Shown piece by piece: positions 22,712 to 35,200 of a stretch of DNA of 64,000 bases (position 1 is its first letter; each line of letters begins with the position of its first letter). Origin of the DNA: Amoebophrya sp. A120 (lineage: Eukaryota > Protista > Dinoflagellata). The stretch is taken from positions 1,288,710-1,352,709 of the forward strand of contig CAJINV010000003.1 of NCBI GenBank assembly GCA_905178155.1, given 5' to 3'. The notes beneath the pieces were generated by a model, which saw only the letters and a program-made list of their open reading frames with translations, was not told the DNA's origin and did not search any database. The position numbers and the translations under genes were made by a program.

Positions 22712-25700
22712 TCACCATCCACACGGCGGCTGCAACCTGCGGCCGCTTGTGTGTGTGGTTCCGCACGAGGTGTCGTTCAGAATCTTCACCTCTGCCCGAA
22801 GCTCCGCGACGTCTTTGAAATCGGTAAAAATTAGAGGTCGACTCTGCGACGGTAGAGGAACGTGACTTTCCGCCTCGTCGCATTTGCGACTCTCGAACGC
22901 TGCGGCCCCTATCCTTGCTTCCTCGTGCAGAGATCGTCGCTTCTGGTGCGCCTTTATAGCAGAAAGCCGCGCCAAATATGACGCAGCTTCAGCTACCACA
23001 TTCGGCGAAACAGAAAAAAGTATACTAGCATTTTTCCCACGACCCGTGGCCTCCCCACTCACTTCCGGAGCAAGCAACTTCTCATATTTCTGGCGCAGCT
23101 GTTTTCTGCATTGGTCCAAATTGTTAAACTGAAACGTTGCTTTCCCGCTTACGGAACCGCTTCCGGGAGAAAGTACTTTCTTGATGAATCGGCAGAAGTA
23201 ATCCTTTTCGTCCTGGGACAAGGTCGCAGCAGCCACGATTCTTTCGCGAAACCCAGACGTCGGATCCGGCAGCGCCGCCGGCTCGCTTCCAGGATCAGAC
23301 CAAAATGTCCGTGCCGCCAGACTCAAGACGTGGGCGACGCACTGCTGTGAATTCGCAGGAACAGCCTTGAAAACCTGCGCAAGTTGCCCAACCGCTCGGA
23401 TCAGTGTGAGTTTCGTATCCGTAGTACCAGTCTCTGTGCGTCCAGAGAAGAACAACCCTTGAAATCTTTGCAGAACCTCAGGGCTTCCACTCTCTACCGC
23501 GACGAGCCACAAATTCGCGATTGTAGCACGGCGGAGGCTAGCATCCGGAATGTCGGCACGTAAAGTACGGATAACCGCCAGTATGCCGAGCTGCGTGATG
23601 TCGTTTGATAATATCGCCTTCCTCTCCGTTTCACTTTTGGTACTCCGCAGTGCAACAAGCAAATCACGCTGAACGAATGCTCGAGCGAAGGCGTCGTGCC
23701 GCTCTTCGTTTAGAAGACGACACACTGTACCAGTTTCCGTGGCAGAGTCCCGAACGTCGCCCGTCGTGCTGTTTTCCGTTAGCTCAGTCGGCGCAGGGAG
23801 ACAGGCCCGCAGGAGTGCAGGCAGTTCCATCATGAACCTCGGAACAGCCCACTGATCACGCAGAGACGAGTTTAGCGTCCCTTCACGCTCAGACGCAGCC
23901 TGCGCGCGCAACTGCACGTCCATGTTTTGCGTCGGAAAAGAACCATCGGAAGCCGTGGGACTCTGCGTGTTTTTGACACGCTCAAGAAAATTCGACGTGT
24001 ATTCTTCACAGTAGCAGATTACAAAATGCTGGACCACTGCGGCGTGCTGTGTGCCCGTAGGAGTCGTGGTCTTCCCATTTTCAGTGCCCATATTAACGCG
24101 CATCACTTTACGCAGCTCCTCTTCGGAGACATTGCGACTCTCCAGCGCGTTTGCCACTGCTTTCACAAAATCGAAGACGTCACCAGCTCTAGCATCGCAC
24201 CTCGCTACATTTCCCGAGGTGATGAGATCGCTCGATTTTCGAATCGGTTCCGGACCCTCGGGAAAAGCATTACTGTCTCCAACGACCAAGGCCACCACGG
24301 AGCAGAGTTTCTGCAACGATGCAAACTGCACGTCAACGCTGGACCCAAGCACCACTTCAACCAAGGCCTGCCCGAAGCCCTCTGCATCGAACTCGCCAAG
24401 GCCAGCTTCAGATTGACACTGAAGCAAAGTCTCCAGACTCAGATGGCGTGTGGCGTTCGTCTCGACAATAATTCCAAACGCGGCATAGCTTAACTTGAAC
24501 TGTCGAACGTCCCGGTTTTGTGCCTCGTCCGGAATTTCCAAGATTCGAAGTAAAGTACTTCGCAGTAGCTCCGGATCCCCCACTTTGCATATTGCTCTGA
24601 AGACAGGCTCGCTGTCCAGATCCATATACGGCAACATCTGCGGCAGCATTGGAGTCATGTCGTTGTCGGCCTGCCAAATGAAAAACTTCACTGCAGACGA
24701 CGCGAACCCGGGCATGGGAATGGTTTCGAAGAGCGCATGCTTCATTCTGGTTTGCCAACTATCAGAAGCAGTCGCTGCCTTCGCCTGGCTGGGACCACTT
24801 GCGTCGCCTTCGGAATTCCCCAGTTGCTGCATTCGCGCCGGGGTTGCTTGAAACAGCATCTGCAACGCCCTGTGCAAAGATAGCTGTGGCAGGTGCAGCG
24901 CGTCTGCGGTGTCTTCGTCTGCTGGTGACTCCCCGGGGGCGGCGACGGACTCGTCCTCGTCGTTGTAATCTTCGTAACTAAACTCTTGGAGTAAAAACGG
25001 AAGGGCCCGCGATATTAACTGGATCCTGTTCGACCCACAAATGAGACGCTGCACGAACCCACTCCCGAAATTCAAGTAAGGCAAAATCTTCGGAAAGAAT
25101 TCTAGTGCCCTTTCGTGATTGAGAAAAGCTTCGATAACTCCGCGACGGAAGATGCTGCCACATATCCTCGCCGCCCGCCCGGGATAATCATGACTAGGCT
25201 CTGGAACCATTCCAAGCAGCGTTGGGTTGCCATGCCCGTCTGCGTCCACTCTGCGCCGCTTCGAGGGAGGTGCCTCAGCGTCGGAATTGTCCTCGGGTTC
25301 CTCTGACAACTCAACTTTCGCGTCGTGGCTTTTCGCGCTTCCGAAAAAGCGATCGACCACGAGCTCCGGCGCGGTGTGATTGACTTTCGGTAGATCCTTT
25401 TGGGCCAGTCGAACCAAGCGCCGCAGTGCTTCCGTGTCACCAGATGGGCCTTTCTTCGCAGCGGTGACAGGACGTTGTTCCTCAGTCCCTCGAGAATCCT
25501 CGGCCCGAGTCTGTCCATGATCTGCGGAAATGGGCCCTCCCGCGACCGCCGGCTCCTCGCAGACGAATGGCGTGAGGTCCTTCCTTCTGTGGAAGGCGTT
25601 GTCCAAGTTGTGCAGTCGCGCGAGCAAAATTGTGGTACGGTACCAATACTTCTCGTGCGCGCCCTCGTTTCCATAATCTTCTTGGACATTTTTGCTCATT

Positions 25701-27586
25701 TTCCCCCACACGTCCTGCATCGTGGCACCCTCCTGCCAGTAGTTTACCACGTCGGGCTCGCGGTCGTCTTCGTCGCGCGACGCCAAGCTTCTTCGGTAAC
25801 TGAATTCGAAGCTTCCACTGTGGCGGTTGCTTGGGGACAAGGGGCAGAGGGTTTCCAACAGATCAGAATTTGGAAGCAGCTTCGGGTGAAAAAACCGGTG
25901 GTTCGCCGGATCGCAGTCAGTCTCATCGCCGGACTTTTCGGATGGCGGGAACGAATATTCGGCGTAGTTCGCCGGATCGTAGTCAGTCTCATCTCTGGAT
26001 TCTTCGGACGGCGGGAACGAATATTGGGCATTGTCGTAGACGTCGCAGTCGGCCGTTCCAGGCGTATTCGATTCCTCAGGAGTGCTGCCGGCATCCTGGT
26101 TGTAGCTTGAAGAAGACGGATCGGCCAACGTGTTGACTTCCTCGATTCGGCAGTACGATTCGCCACTCAAGTGCTCCGTGCCGATTTTGACCTGGGCAAG
26201 CTGGAATCTGAACCTCGCATACCCCGGAAGACGCGCGTTAGCCGCCTGTAGAAGTCTGATCAGCACTCTGTCCTTTCCGCGCATGCCGCGCGGATGGAGG
26301 TCCATCAAAGAATACCTACCCGAAAGTGCCCAGCAAAACTTCGGGAGAGGAGACTCGGAGTCTTTCAAAACGCGCACGTCGGAGGTGCCCGTCTCTTCAC
26401 AATCTAAACCAGCACACCGTCTGAGCAGAGCGACCATCTTTTCTTCTGCCGAGGCAGCAAAGGGCGACGTCGCTCGGAGGTGGACGCTCTCTTCTCCCGA
26501 CCAACACAGTCCATACACTAGGACGCATCGGCATCCTGCAGTAATCGGCGAAACCTCGTGCTCTACGTCGCAGTAGAAGCTGTAAAACTTCGGAATCGCA
26601 CCACAGTCCACCACGGGAACCGGCCTTGCATCCAAGCTTGCACTGCGTTCAGAAGAGCCGAGGTCTATCGTAACCTCCTGGTTGCCGTTGCTGCTTTGGC
26701 AGGTGACACCGCCCCCGGTAAACTCCGACGGAAGCTGAATTATCAGGGTCGCGAACATCCCAGGAAACTTTTGTGTATCGCGGTGCTTCTTGAAGTGGCC
26801 TCCCGGGGGATAGAGGAGCAGCTTGTAGAGTTTGGCCTCGACCTTCTCGCCGAAGGAGCAGCACCCGAGTGCCGGGGCGATCTGGTGCTTCACTAACTGC
26901 GATACCCCCTCTGCAAACGCCTCTTCGTTTACGAGAAAAAATCCCTTCTGCGAAGTGTCTTGAGGCCGCCCAGTGTCCGCCGCCGAAGTTTTCCTTTCCT
27001 TACTGGGTGGCACTGGCGAGAGTTGGTAGGTCAGTCGAAAGCTCGTATCGACGACGGTAGTAGCTCCGTGCCCGTACGGGGCTACTTCGAAGTGCTCGAC
27101 GAGTTCGGCTAAATGCGCGGGGTAGTCCTTTGGGCTCGGTGTCGTTAGGTGCTTCCCTCTGATTGGCAGTGGCAGCATACCGTAGTTTGAGATGTACACG
27201 CCCGGATTCGGAAGCTTAGCGGCGCTGCCCGAACATGCAATGCTCGAGGAGGGAAAGCTGTCCGAATTTCTTTTTGGCTTTGCTTCCTGCGCCAAATTCA
27301 GCCGACTGGCGCCGCTATCGCGAGGCCCGGGGTTGTCCTCGCCGTTTCTTACTGCGGCAGGCGAGATAGCAGAAAAGCACTGCGCCACCATCCTCTTCAA
27401 ACGATTCGGCTTGACATCGGCGAGGCATATCGTCTTATTCCTGCACGACGTGTCAAAAATCCGGGAGGGAACGTTTTCCTCCAGTCGCTCATGCGCTTCG
27501 CTAGCCTTGCTTCCGTCGTCGCGGCTGTTCGAATCCTCGCGACGATCGGAGGCGGTGTGCCGATCCCGGCGTCCCCGGCTGCTCAT
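22712..27586 (-). CDS. 1624-aa protein with N-terminal 2OG-Fe(II) oxygenase domain
   Basis: LYKLLLYPPGGHFKKHRDT (HxD), FATLIIQLPSEFTGG, FYCDVEHEVSPITAGCRCVLVY (distal His and Arg). Confidence 0.85.
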   Translation of the reverse strand: MSSRGRRDRHTASDRREDSNSRDDGSKASEAHERLEENVPSRIFDTSCRNKTICLADVKPNRLKRMVAQCFSAISPAAVRNGEDNPGPRDSGASRLNLAQEAKPKRNSDSFPSSSIACSGSAAKLPNPGVYISNYGMLPLPIRGKHLTTPSPKDYPAHLAELVEHFEVAPYGHGATTVVDTSFRLTYQLSPVPPSKERKTSAADTGRPQDTSQKGFFLVNEEAFAEGVSQLVKHQIAPALGCCSFGEKVEAKLYKLLLYPPGGHFKKHRDTQKFPGMFATLIIQLPSEFTGGGVTCQSSNGNQEVTIDLGSSERSASLDARPVPVVDCGAIPKFYSFYCDVEHEVSPITAGCRCVLVYGLCWSGEESVHLRATSPFAASAEEKMVALLRRCAGLDCEETGTSDVRVLKDSESPLPKFCWALSGRYSLMDLHPRGMRGKDRVLIRLLQAANARLPGYARFRFQLAQVKIGTEHLSGESYCRIEEVNTLADPSSSSYNQDAGSTPEESNTPGTADCDVYDNAQYSFPPSEESRDETDYDPANYAEYSFPPSEKSGDETDCDPANHRFFHPKLLPNSDLLETLCPLSPSNRHSGSFEFSYRRSLASRDEDDREPDVVNYWQEGATMQDVWGKMSKNVQEDYGNEGAHEKYWYRTTILLARLHNLDNAFHRRKDLTPFVCEEPAVAGGPISADHGQTRAEDSRGTEEQRPVTAAKKGPSGDTEALRRLVRLAQKDLPKVNHTAPELVVDRFFGSAKSHDAKVELSEEPEDNSDAEAPPSKRRRVDADGHGNPTLLGMVPEPSHDYPGRAARICGSIFRRGVIEAFLNHERALEFFPKILPYLNFGSGFVQRLICGSNRIQLISRALPFLLQEFSYEDYNDEDESVAAPGESPADEDTADALHLPQLSLHRALQMLFQATPARMQQLGNSEGDASGPSQAKAATASDSWQTRMKHALFETIPMPGFASSAVKFFIWQADNDMTPMLPQMLPYMDLDSEPVFRAICKVGDPELLRSTLLRILEIPDEAQNRDVRQFKLSYAAFGIIVETNATRHLSLETLLQCQSEAGLGEFDAEGFGQALVEVVLGSSVDVQFASLQKLCSVVALVVGDSNAFPEGPEPIRKSSDLITSGNVARCDARAGDVFDFVKAVANALESRNVSEEELRKVMRVNMGTENGKTTTPTGTQHAAVVQHFVICYCEEYTSNFLERVKNTQSPTASDGSFPTQNMDVQLRAQAASEREGTLNSSLRDQWAVPRFMMELPALLRACLPAPTELTENSTTGDVRDSATETGTVCRLLNEERHDAFARAFVQRDLLVALRSTKSETERKAILSNDITQLGILAVIRTLRADIPDASLRRATIANLWLVAVESGSPEVLQRFQGLFFSGRTETGTTDTKLTLIRAVGQLAQVFKAVPANSQQCVAHVLSLAARTFWSDPGSEPAALPDPTSGFRERIVAAATLSQDEKDYFCRFIKKVLSPGSGSVSGKATFQFNNLDQCRKQLRQKYEKLLAPEVSGEATGRGKNASILFSVSPNVVAEAASYLARLSAIKAHQKRRSLHEEARIGAAAFESRKCDEAESHVPLPSQSRPLIFTDFKDVAELRAEVKILNDTSCGTTHTSGRRLQPPCGW

Positions 27587-28059
27587 TGTGCGAGAGCGAA
27601 ATATTTTCTATCTGAGTGATAAAACGCAAGCGCGGGTCCGCTTGTCTACGCGAGGACAACAGTCGCTAGATGCGCTTGGGCATCGAAAAATTTCATAGAG
27701 GACCTCGTCAGGCAGAATAGAAACATTGAAACGAAATCGTGAATTGCATTCAGTCTGGTAGACGGACTGGAATTTGGACTTGTTCGCAACAATGGGCTTG
27801 CACGCAGGTCGTAGCACGCGTCTTTGCTTAGTCGTGCTGATCACGCGCAACTTGGGACAGGGATTATTTCTTCATCTTCAGCAATTTCGCGTGTGCCATT
27901 GGCAGATGATTCTCTCTCACGAAAAAGTGGTACCCGTTTGGACGGACCGCTGCCGTCCTCATAATTTTGATCATCATTGACTCGTCGCAAGGGCATTCCT
28001 GATACTTTTGCGAAGAATGACAGCCGAGCTTTCTCATCAATATCTTTCTCCGCCGCTTG

Positions 28060-28720
28060 CGTTGTGTATATGCATATCGCGCTGCGCCAACATTTGATCC
28101 TTGTGGAGCCCCTTACCGGGCCGGCAATATGACCCGCATGGGGCACCCGCGAGGAGCGAGAATTCGAATCCGCTCCCCACAAAAGCAGGAATCTGACCCG
28201 CCGCGGCAGCGAAACCGCGCCGGTACAAGGCCGCGGCCGTTGGCGGGGGCGATGAAAGGGCCACGGCATCCTGGCACTTTTGGTGGGATTCCGGAGTCTG
28301 ACCATCCGGGCTCGCATGAGCTACCTTGGCCGATTTTTCTTGGTCTTTCCGATATAACCTCGACCCTCTGGAAGCGGATCTGAGGCACGCGCGTGAGCCT
28401 GCCGAATATGCGGGGTTTGATTGGCCCAGGCGACAAAGGTCGTGGTGGTCTGGTGTGCGGGGTGGGGCTGCGGGTGCGCAGGGGCGGGCACCCCTGCCCG
28501 GGGCGGATGGGCTCCACTAAAGAGGTCCGCGGAAGGCGTCCGGAGGGCGCCGCCCCTCGCGTTCCGCATGCAGGTGCCCCGATCTGCCTGCCGGTGCCTG
28601 CTAGGGCCCTTCTCGGGTTGCGGCCTTGGATCCAGTGCAGAATAGGATATGCAGAGTGCCCAAGGCGGACGCCCTCCTCCAGATTCTGGAGCACATCCAC
28701 TAGTTGGGTGATTTTTGCGA
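28060..28720. repeat. GC-rich degenerate repeat region (GGAATCTGACC-like motif)
   Basis: Motif copies at ~28089, 28124, 28159, 28187 and 28292. They resemble the motif in 43.3-44.1 kb. Confidence 0.4.
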
Positions 28721-28873
28721 TTTTGTAAATCTGGAAAAACAACAGAAATATTACAATGGTCGGTCTAATTGAGATCTATAAGCCGCATGGGCAGAAATAA
28801 GTAGCTCGTATATCCTTCTAGGTAGTGGCTTTGATCAAATAATTGAGCCCAATGAGGAACGTAGTGAGTTTGT

Positions 28874-29877
28874 ATTGTATTGTATTGTATTTGATCCGCT
28901 CTTGTTTCAAACAGACACGGCGCCCGCTCTTTAGCCCTGCTATACTTGCAGCAACCCGCCGGACAGCGAGGCTGTGGAGGCCCGGCGAAACGTAACCCTC
29001 CTACGCAGTCGCAACATCAAGTGGCGAGAGCTGGAGGAGAACAGCGTGCTGGAGGTTTGTGGCCTTGGCAGACCGGCTCTTGCACTCGTTCCGTATAGTA
29101 GCACCAATCAGAGGGCGCACACCAGGTGGGCAACACAGATTGATTATACTACGGCGAAAGGAACCCGATTCGCGCTACCTGGGCGCGTCCCTTAGTTGTC
29201 GTCTGACTTTAGGCCGGACGCTATCTGTGCGGCGCGCGGGTGCAGTTTGCCCGCCAGCGGTGCAAGGGGCGCAGAGCCCTGCTGTGCGCCCTTCGTCAAG
29301 AAGAGCGGCGCCGGCCCCGCCAGGGGGCTGGGGGTGCCCGCCAAGGCTTTCCCGAATAGCGCAGGCCCCACCGCTTCCGTCCATCCCCGGGAAGTGCCGC
29401 CAGCTGCTGCGCGCGGCGTGGGGCGCTAGGGCTTACGGCGGTGCGAGCGTGCCCACTGATACGGCCGAAGGCCGAGAGAGGCACGCCATGCCGGGCCTCT
29501 TCGCACACGACGCGGCAACACGCCCGAGGGCCTTCCTCGGAGTGGCTGGTCGGGCAGGGTGTGGCGCTGGGCTGTTCAGGTTAAGCCGGCCGAAACCCCA
29601 CCACCATCTCACCCAACAGAGACGGCGAGGCGCCTCGCCTGCTCACCAGGAGCCTGCAAGGCTCGCCCGCTTCCAGAGCGGGGCTCTTCTTCAAGAACAA
29701 GAGAACAGCCACCAGGGGTAGGGGGATCGCGCGCAGGATTGCGGGCGCCGCCCTTCTTCACTCGCCAGGAGCAGCGGCGTGTTGCCGCTTAGTTTGCGCG
29801 ATTTGATGCGTCTACCTCTAGTAGCGCATCTGGGCACAAGGCCCCTCTCACGACTTCCCTTCCCACCAGGGGCGGGC
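28874..29877 (-). mobile_element. ~1-kb non-LTR retroposed insertion (SINE-like or 5'-truncated LINE)
   Basis: 15-bp direct repeat ACGTAGTGAGTTTGT at 28859-28873 and 29878-29892. An (ATTGT)n microsatellite abuts the left copy, giving a 3' (ACAAT)n tail on the minus strand. The body is GC-rich with no RT-like ORF. Confidence 0.8.
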
Positions 29878-31601
29878 ACGTAGTGAGTTTGTCAACTTTT
29901 CCAAAATTTAAAGCACCACCTTAATGCCACTAGTTGAAGGCTCAGTTGATTGATATGATGCAAAATTGGTGAGTTATACTCCTATGCACGCTTATAACTG
30001 ATCAAAATCCACAGTATATCTCTTCACATTGTTTTTTTCAATTTTTCCGTTAAAGTAAAATATGCCTGTAGCCCCTCCGTCATCGCCTCTAGCAGAGTAC
30101 GGATCTAAGATAGGACGTCGCGAGCTCGGAAATAGGAAGACATGACGACCCGACGCTTCTGGTTCTAGTTTTAGCTCTAGTAGGATCCCCGTGTGTGTAC
30201 TTTGATTTTTCGTCTTTGCATGGAAGCAGATTCCGGAGACAATGGACACAAAAGCAGACGTCAAAGCGTAACAAATCAAGATGAAGAAAAAGGGTGCTGC
30301 GGTAGGAACAACTACTCGCTTCTCTCGCGCGCTCTTCATCGTGACAGGCGGACTTGCTAGGTAGAAAAAAAGTAGAACTCTTAGGCTTGTACTAGATTTC
30401 TCGTCGTGTTTGTACTTAGAATCCGATTTATTTGCATGGCAGAACACGGGAAAACAGGCGCTGTAAAACTTTCGCAACCGATCTTACTGGAGTGTCGCGC
30501 TTCAAGTCTGATACTTCTCTCTCAAGGCAGTCAACACGGGCTAACAGCTCCTGTTGTTCTGTTCCTATCTTGTAAGTACGATCCCAGAGAAAATCAGTGC
30601 GGTCGTCGAGATCGGTGCAAATTTCGTAGACAGAAGGGTAACTAGAATGGCAGACGCTTTCGTAACAGAAATGATCGCTATCGGACGCGGCGTGCGCGGA
30701 CCTAGAAGGCATGGTCGGTCGATCTTAGAATAGGAAAGCTGTGCACTCAAAGTGTAAATATCGAAGTCGGAACACCACAGCGGTACTAATAAGTGGATTC
30801 TCATGCAGAAACGCACCAGGGGGCCCTGTGCAGGTAGATTCTTTTTCACGTTCCCCAAAAAAACAAGCAGCGCAGCTACAGGCTTTGGCTCAAGAGTTGA
30901 TTTGTCCATGAGAATTGTTTCTCGTGCGATTCTTTCAAGACAAGCACTCTCGTGCCAAGCGCTCTAAATTTCAAAAAGCCCACGCACCAAATTCCTCACT
31001 TGTTCTGTTCTCCTCTCAGCATCTCACGGCAACGCACTACCTCACAAAGTAACGCTTTCTAGTTTTGGATAATTCGTAAAAAATCATTGAAAAATGCCAG
31101 AGCTACCATCTAAAGCGAGTAGATGCTGTCAGTATGCAGATTCCATGCGTGTCATTAAAAATTTACACAGATTCTAGTCTTCCACTTGGCAACTGCGAAA
31201 TTTTGTCAAATTTTGATTTTTTTCAAAATGTCTCAGAAGGCAACTGATATTCGATTAACAATGGTGGTCGGAAGAATTCGCCACATTGGGGTGCAACAAT
31301 GGTGGTCAGAAGCATGCGCCACATTCTGTGGCGAATTCTTCCGACGCATCGTTGTTGCGGGCTCTGTAGCGTGCTAGCGTTAGAAAGTAGAAACAGAGGG
31401 CGCCAGGAGGAGAGAGGAAGAGAGGAACTACCTGAGAAAAGTCAGAGGGTCGATGGTAGTCGATCGGAGGAATCGAAGGAATTTGCTGGGTTTGCTGAAC
31501 TTGGACAATTCTGGAATGCTTTCCTTTGGTAGGTTGGTGCTACAAGTTTGGTCGAGCGAATCGGCCAGGGTTCTCTGCCTGTGGTTGCTGTCGTGGGAGC
31601 G

Positions 31602-32203
31602 TGTCCAAAACCAAGTAGCAAAAACGCGGAAAGCCGCCCGCGGCTAGAGCGTCTACGATCCGTAGACGGCCTGCCAGCCCGGGAGGCGGAAACGATCGAA
31701 AACCGAGAACGCGGACTGATCGATCTTGTGCGAACAGGTCTCGCCTGTGGTTTTGCGAACAGACTGAACGAACGACACCTCAGGGGTGGCGGTTTTAGTG
31801 TGTATCTAGCCTCAAAACTACAGAAAGCAGGAAAATCGGTCCGGTTCAAGAGCGTTCGTTCTGACGTCGCTCACAAGACGTCTTTCGCTCGCGCTTCACA
31901 TTCGCAGAAGCGGAAAAGCAGAACAAGTGTCCAAAATCCTCTGTCTCTGTATCGTTCAAACACAAACGTGGCCTGGCAGCAACCGCTGCCAGGGCTGCAG
32001 TCTCTAAGCGCCTCAACTGCAGGCAAAACACCTCTTGCGCAACACTGGCCGTGATGCCAGCACCTGCAAACGCCAGGCGGCGCCAGTAAATTCACCAGCC
32101 GCAGGACCGTATGCGCCCCGCGGGCGCCAGTAAAATTGCAAGCCACCGAACAAACTGCGCCGGCATGGTGCAGCGGCCTGGTCTGCGTGGTGGTTTTTCA
32201 ACA
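31602..32203 (-). repeat. 3' LTR
   Basis: tgtccaaaacc...ggtttttcaaca, a direct repeat of 41773-42374. ORF-track translations inside both copies are identical. Confidence 0.95.
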
Positions 32204-32219
32204 TCGATCATTTCTTTTT

Positions 32220-35200
32220 TCAGACCAGGACGCCGGGCGCAGTATCGTGCTGTTGAAAAGAAGACTCGTCCGCCGCCGCTGCAGCGGCTTTGTTTGTAGC
32301 CTCCCACTCGTCACGCACCGTCTTCCCGCTTGCCTCCCGCTCCAAGATCGTATCGAAAATCCCCCGCAAGACCAAGTACACGCGTTGGTCGATCACGCCC
32401 CTATTGGCCGCAAGGTGTAGTAAAAAAGGTTTCGTCTCCGCAAGCCACTTCGTCAGTGGGTCCGTCCAGTTCATGCGCCCCGCGATGTGCCGCAGAACGA
32501 GCAGACGCTGCTCGACCAGCTGATTGACACTCTGCCAGTCCGCGCGAATGTTCCTTTCCCGCGGCTCTCCTAGCGCGTTGCGCGCGTCCGTTAGCTGAAC
32601 CACCTCCCGCCCGGCCCGCGTAAGATGAAGATCCAAGCACAGCGTGTTCAAATAGATCATCTCCGAAGCCAGCATGCGCTGGCACAAAACTTCCACTGCT
32701 GTGGAAGAGCTTGCAGCAAAAACCCTCTTCGGGATGCGACTGAACTCCGAGATCGTCGTGACCCGCGAAGTCTCAGTGCCAAAGAGACACGTCTGCCCCC
32801 CGACCCGGCGCTGCGCGGCGTCTCCGCACCCCACCGGCAAATGCTCCCAAAGGTTCCCAAGGCGGAGCACGCGCTTCGTATTCCACCCCGCGGTCTTCGC
32901 CAAGCGGATCAGGTTATTGACGTCGCAGAGGAAGCTCTTCACCAAGTCGGAATCTGGGTTGTTTTCCTTTTCCACCAGGTGAACCACCCCCGCGAGCTCG
33001 GAGAACATTTCCAGGATGCAGGCATTGCACTTCTGCAACCAGGCGACCTCGCCGACGGGGCCGCGGTATGGGTTCCGCAGCTGCTTCAGCAAGAACTTGT
33101 TTTTGGTGGTGGCCCGCTTCTGAAGAAACTTTTCCACATCAGAACGGGTCACCAGCTGCATCTTGCTGGCGTAAGTCTCCATCGACAGCAGGTAGACCAC
33201 CGCGACCTCGAGCTTGTTCAGCTCGGGAACCAGGGCAGCGTCGTACTTCCGTTGCTCGGCCAGTGGATACTTCTCCACCACCGTGTCAGCCTTGACGCCC
33301 GTCTTCGCCTCCGCAAACTCGATGTCGGCGGCAGCAGGGAACTCGCGACAGTCGGCAGTTGCGACGAAGTCCAGCTCGTCGCAAAGGTCCGTCTTGCGCG
33401 CCAGCTCCTGTGCTAGCGCCAGCTGGTCGAAAACAAGTGGCCGCGCGATCAACTCGCGCCCCACGAACGAGTCCCGTCGCGCAGCCTGCAGCACTGTCCA
33501 CGAGGACAGTGTGAACCGCTCAAACAGGATGGTCAAACGCAGGTAGAAAAGCAGCCGCCCGGCGGACTTGCTGTCGTCCACGTGAAGCGCCAGCGCCCCG
33601 ATCGGCTTGTCTTTTCGTTGGTAGTGGTTGAAGAGTTCTTGCCCGATCCGCACTGTTGCCTCGCTTAGCAGCTGCGGGTCGTCTTTTGCCGGTGTGAAGT
33701 TCTGCACGCGGTCGTCTTCGCTTCCCGCATCCAAAACGCGAACGCGGTCCGCCACCGCAACTGCCGGGAACTTCTTCAGCTCCGCCAGCTTGGCCCAGAA
33801 GTACTCCTCTTCCTTGCCGTCCTCAATCACCTGTCGCTCTTTGCTCGTCGGGAAGTAGACGAACAAGGCAGGATCGACGAGGGACTGCGTGAAGCGAATA
33901 CGCAGGCACTCCAAAAAGACCTGCACCTCCCAGCCCTTGGGCGCGTCCTTCTGTCCGTACAGACACTTGCGAAGGCGCACACACTCGTCGAGCAGGCTCA
34001 TCCCGGGAATCATCATGCGCTGCAGGATGCGGGGAACCTCGAGATAAACTTCTCGATCTTCCTCCGGGCCATCCGGGTACAGCTGGTCGAACTCCATCCC
34101 TTGGATGAAGGCCTCGCGGAAGTCCCCGAGACTCAAAGGCACCCGCAGCGCCTGCGCAAACTGGCAGACGAGCGTGATGGATGCGTCGTGGGCGGTGTGC
34201 GATCGGCAGGAGGGAACTGCGCCGACGCGAGTCGGCGAGAACCGGTCGTCTTCAAAGCCGCGGGAGATCCAGCGGCACTTGATCTTGAGGAGAGCGCCGC
34301 TGGTGCGGTCGATCTTAATCGTCAGCAGCAGCCTACTGCTGACGATGTTCTTTGCTTTTGCCAGCAGCTCGGCCTTCTTAAACCGATCCCCCAAGACCCC
34401 GTGGTGGTCAATCGCCAAAACCTCCGCGCAGATCGCGGCGTAGGCGTAGCTATTGAAACCGACCGTGTCCGCGTCCTCAATCGTGAAGGTGAGGGCGCTG
34501 CTCTTGAGTCCCTTCTCCCGGGTGTAAGCCTCGATCGCCTCGTGTGCGTCGTCCATGATGTCGTAGTAGACGCGCGCGACGAAGCAGCCCGGAAAGGTCC
34601 CAGTCGCCTCCTCCGCCGAGAGGAAGCGCGGCGTAGTGTCGGTGCCCCAAACGAGGTAGCAAAAGTTCCCGCGGAACTTCTCGGCAGGAACGCGATCGCG
34701 ACCAACTTCGGCCGCCGTGCAGAAGTACTGAAACTCCTTCCGGTTGTCCGCTGCGTTCAAACGCTTTCCCACGCTCTGCCCGTTCAGCAGCTGGGAAAAG
34801 AGAAAGCAAGGACGGTTCTCGCCGGCGAGGAGGTTGAAACTCAGCTTCTTCCTGTTGCTGTTTTGCTGGTCGTCCAGCAGTGCGGAAACGGCTTGTAGGG
34901 CCGTGAAGTCGAAAGCCCGGGTCGTGGCGCCGATCGGAACGTGGGTGGACGGGGCGAGGTAGACCCGTCCGTCGCGCAACTTCACGTCCATACTCCCAAC
35001 GCAACTCCCCAGTGCCTGCAAGACAACAGGGTGGAGCTTCCCGGCCTGGAACAAGCGTTCATCGGGCCCGAGCCCGGTGTCCCACACGCGATCCGCGGTT
35101 GCGAAGTCGGCGGAACAGTAGCTGGCGAAGCTGCTCCCCGGGCTGGATCGCAGCTTCTTGAGGGAGGGCGCGGCGTCCTCTGCCGCTGCTGCAGTGCTGC

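Noticed and set aside
29992-31000. Short minus-strand ORFs, one with a coiled-coil-like stretch
   Set aside because: No coherent exon chain could be built by eye.
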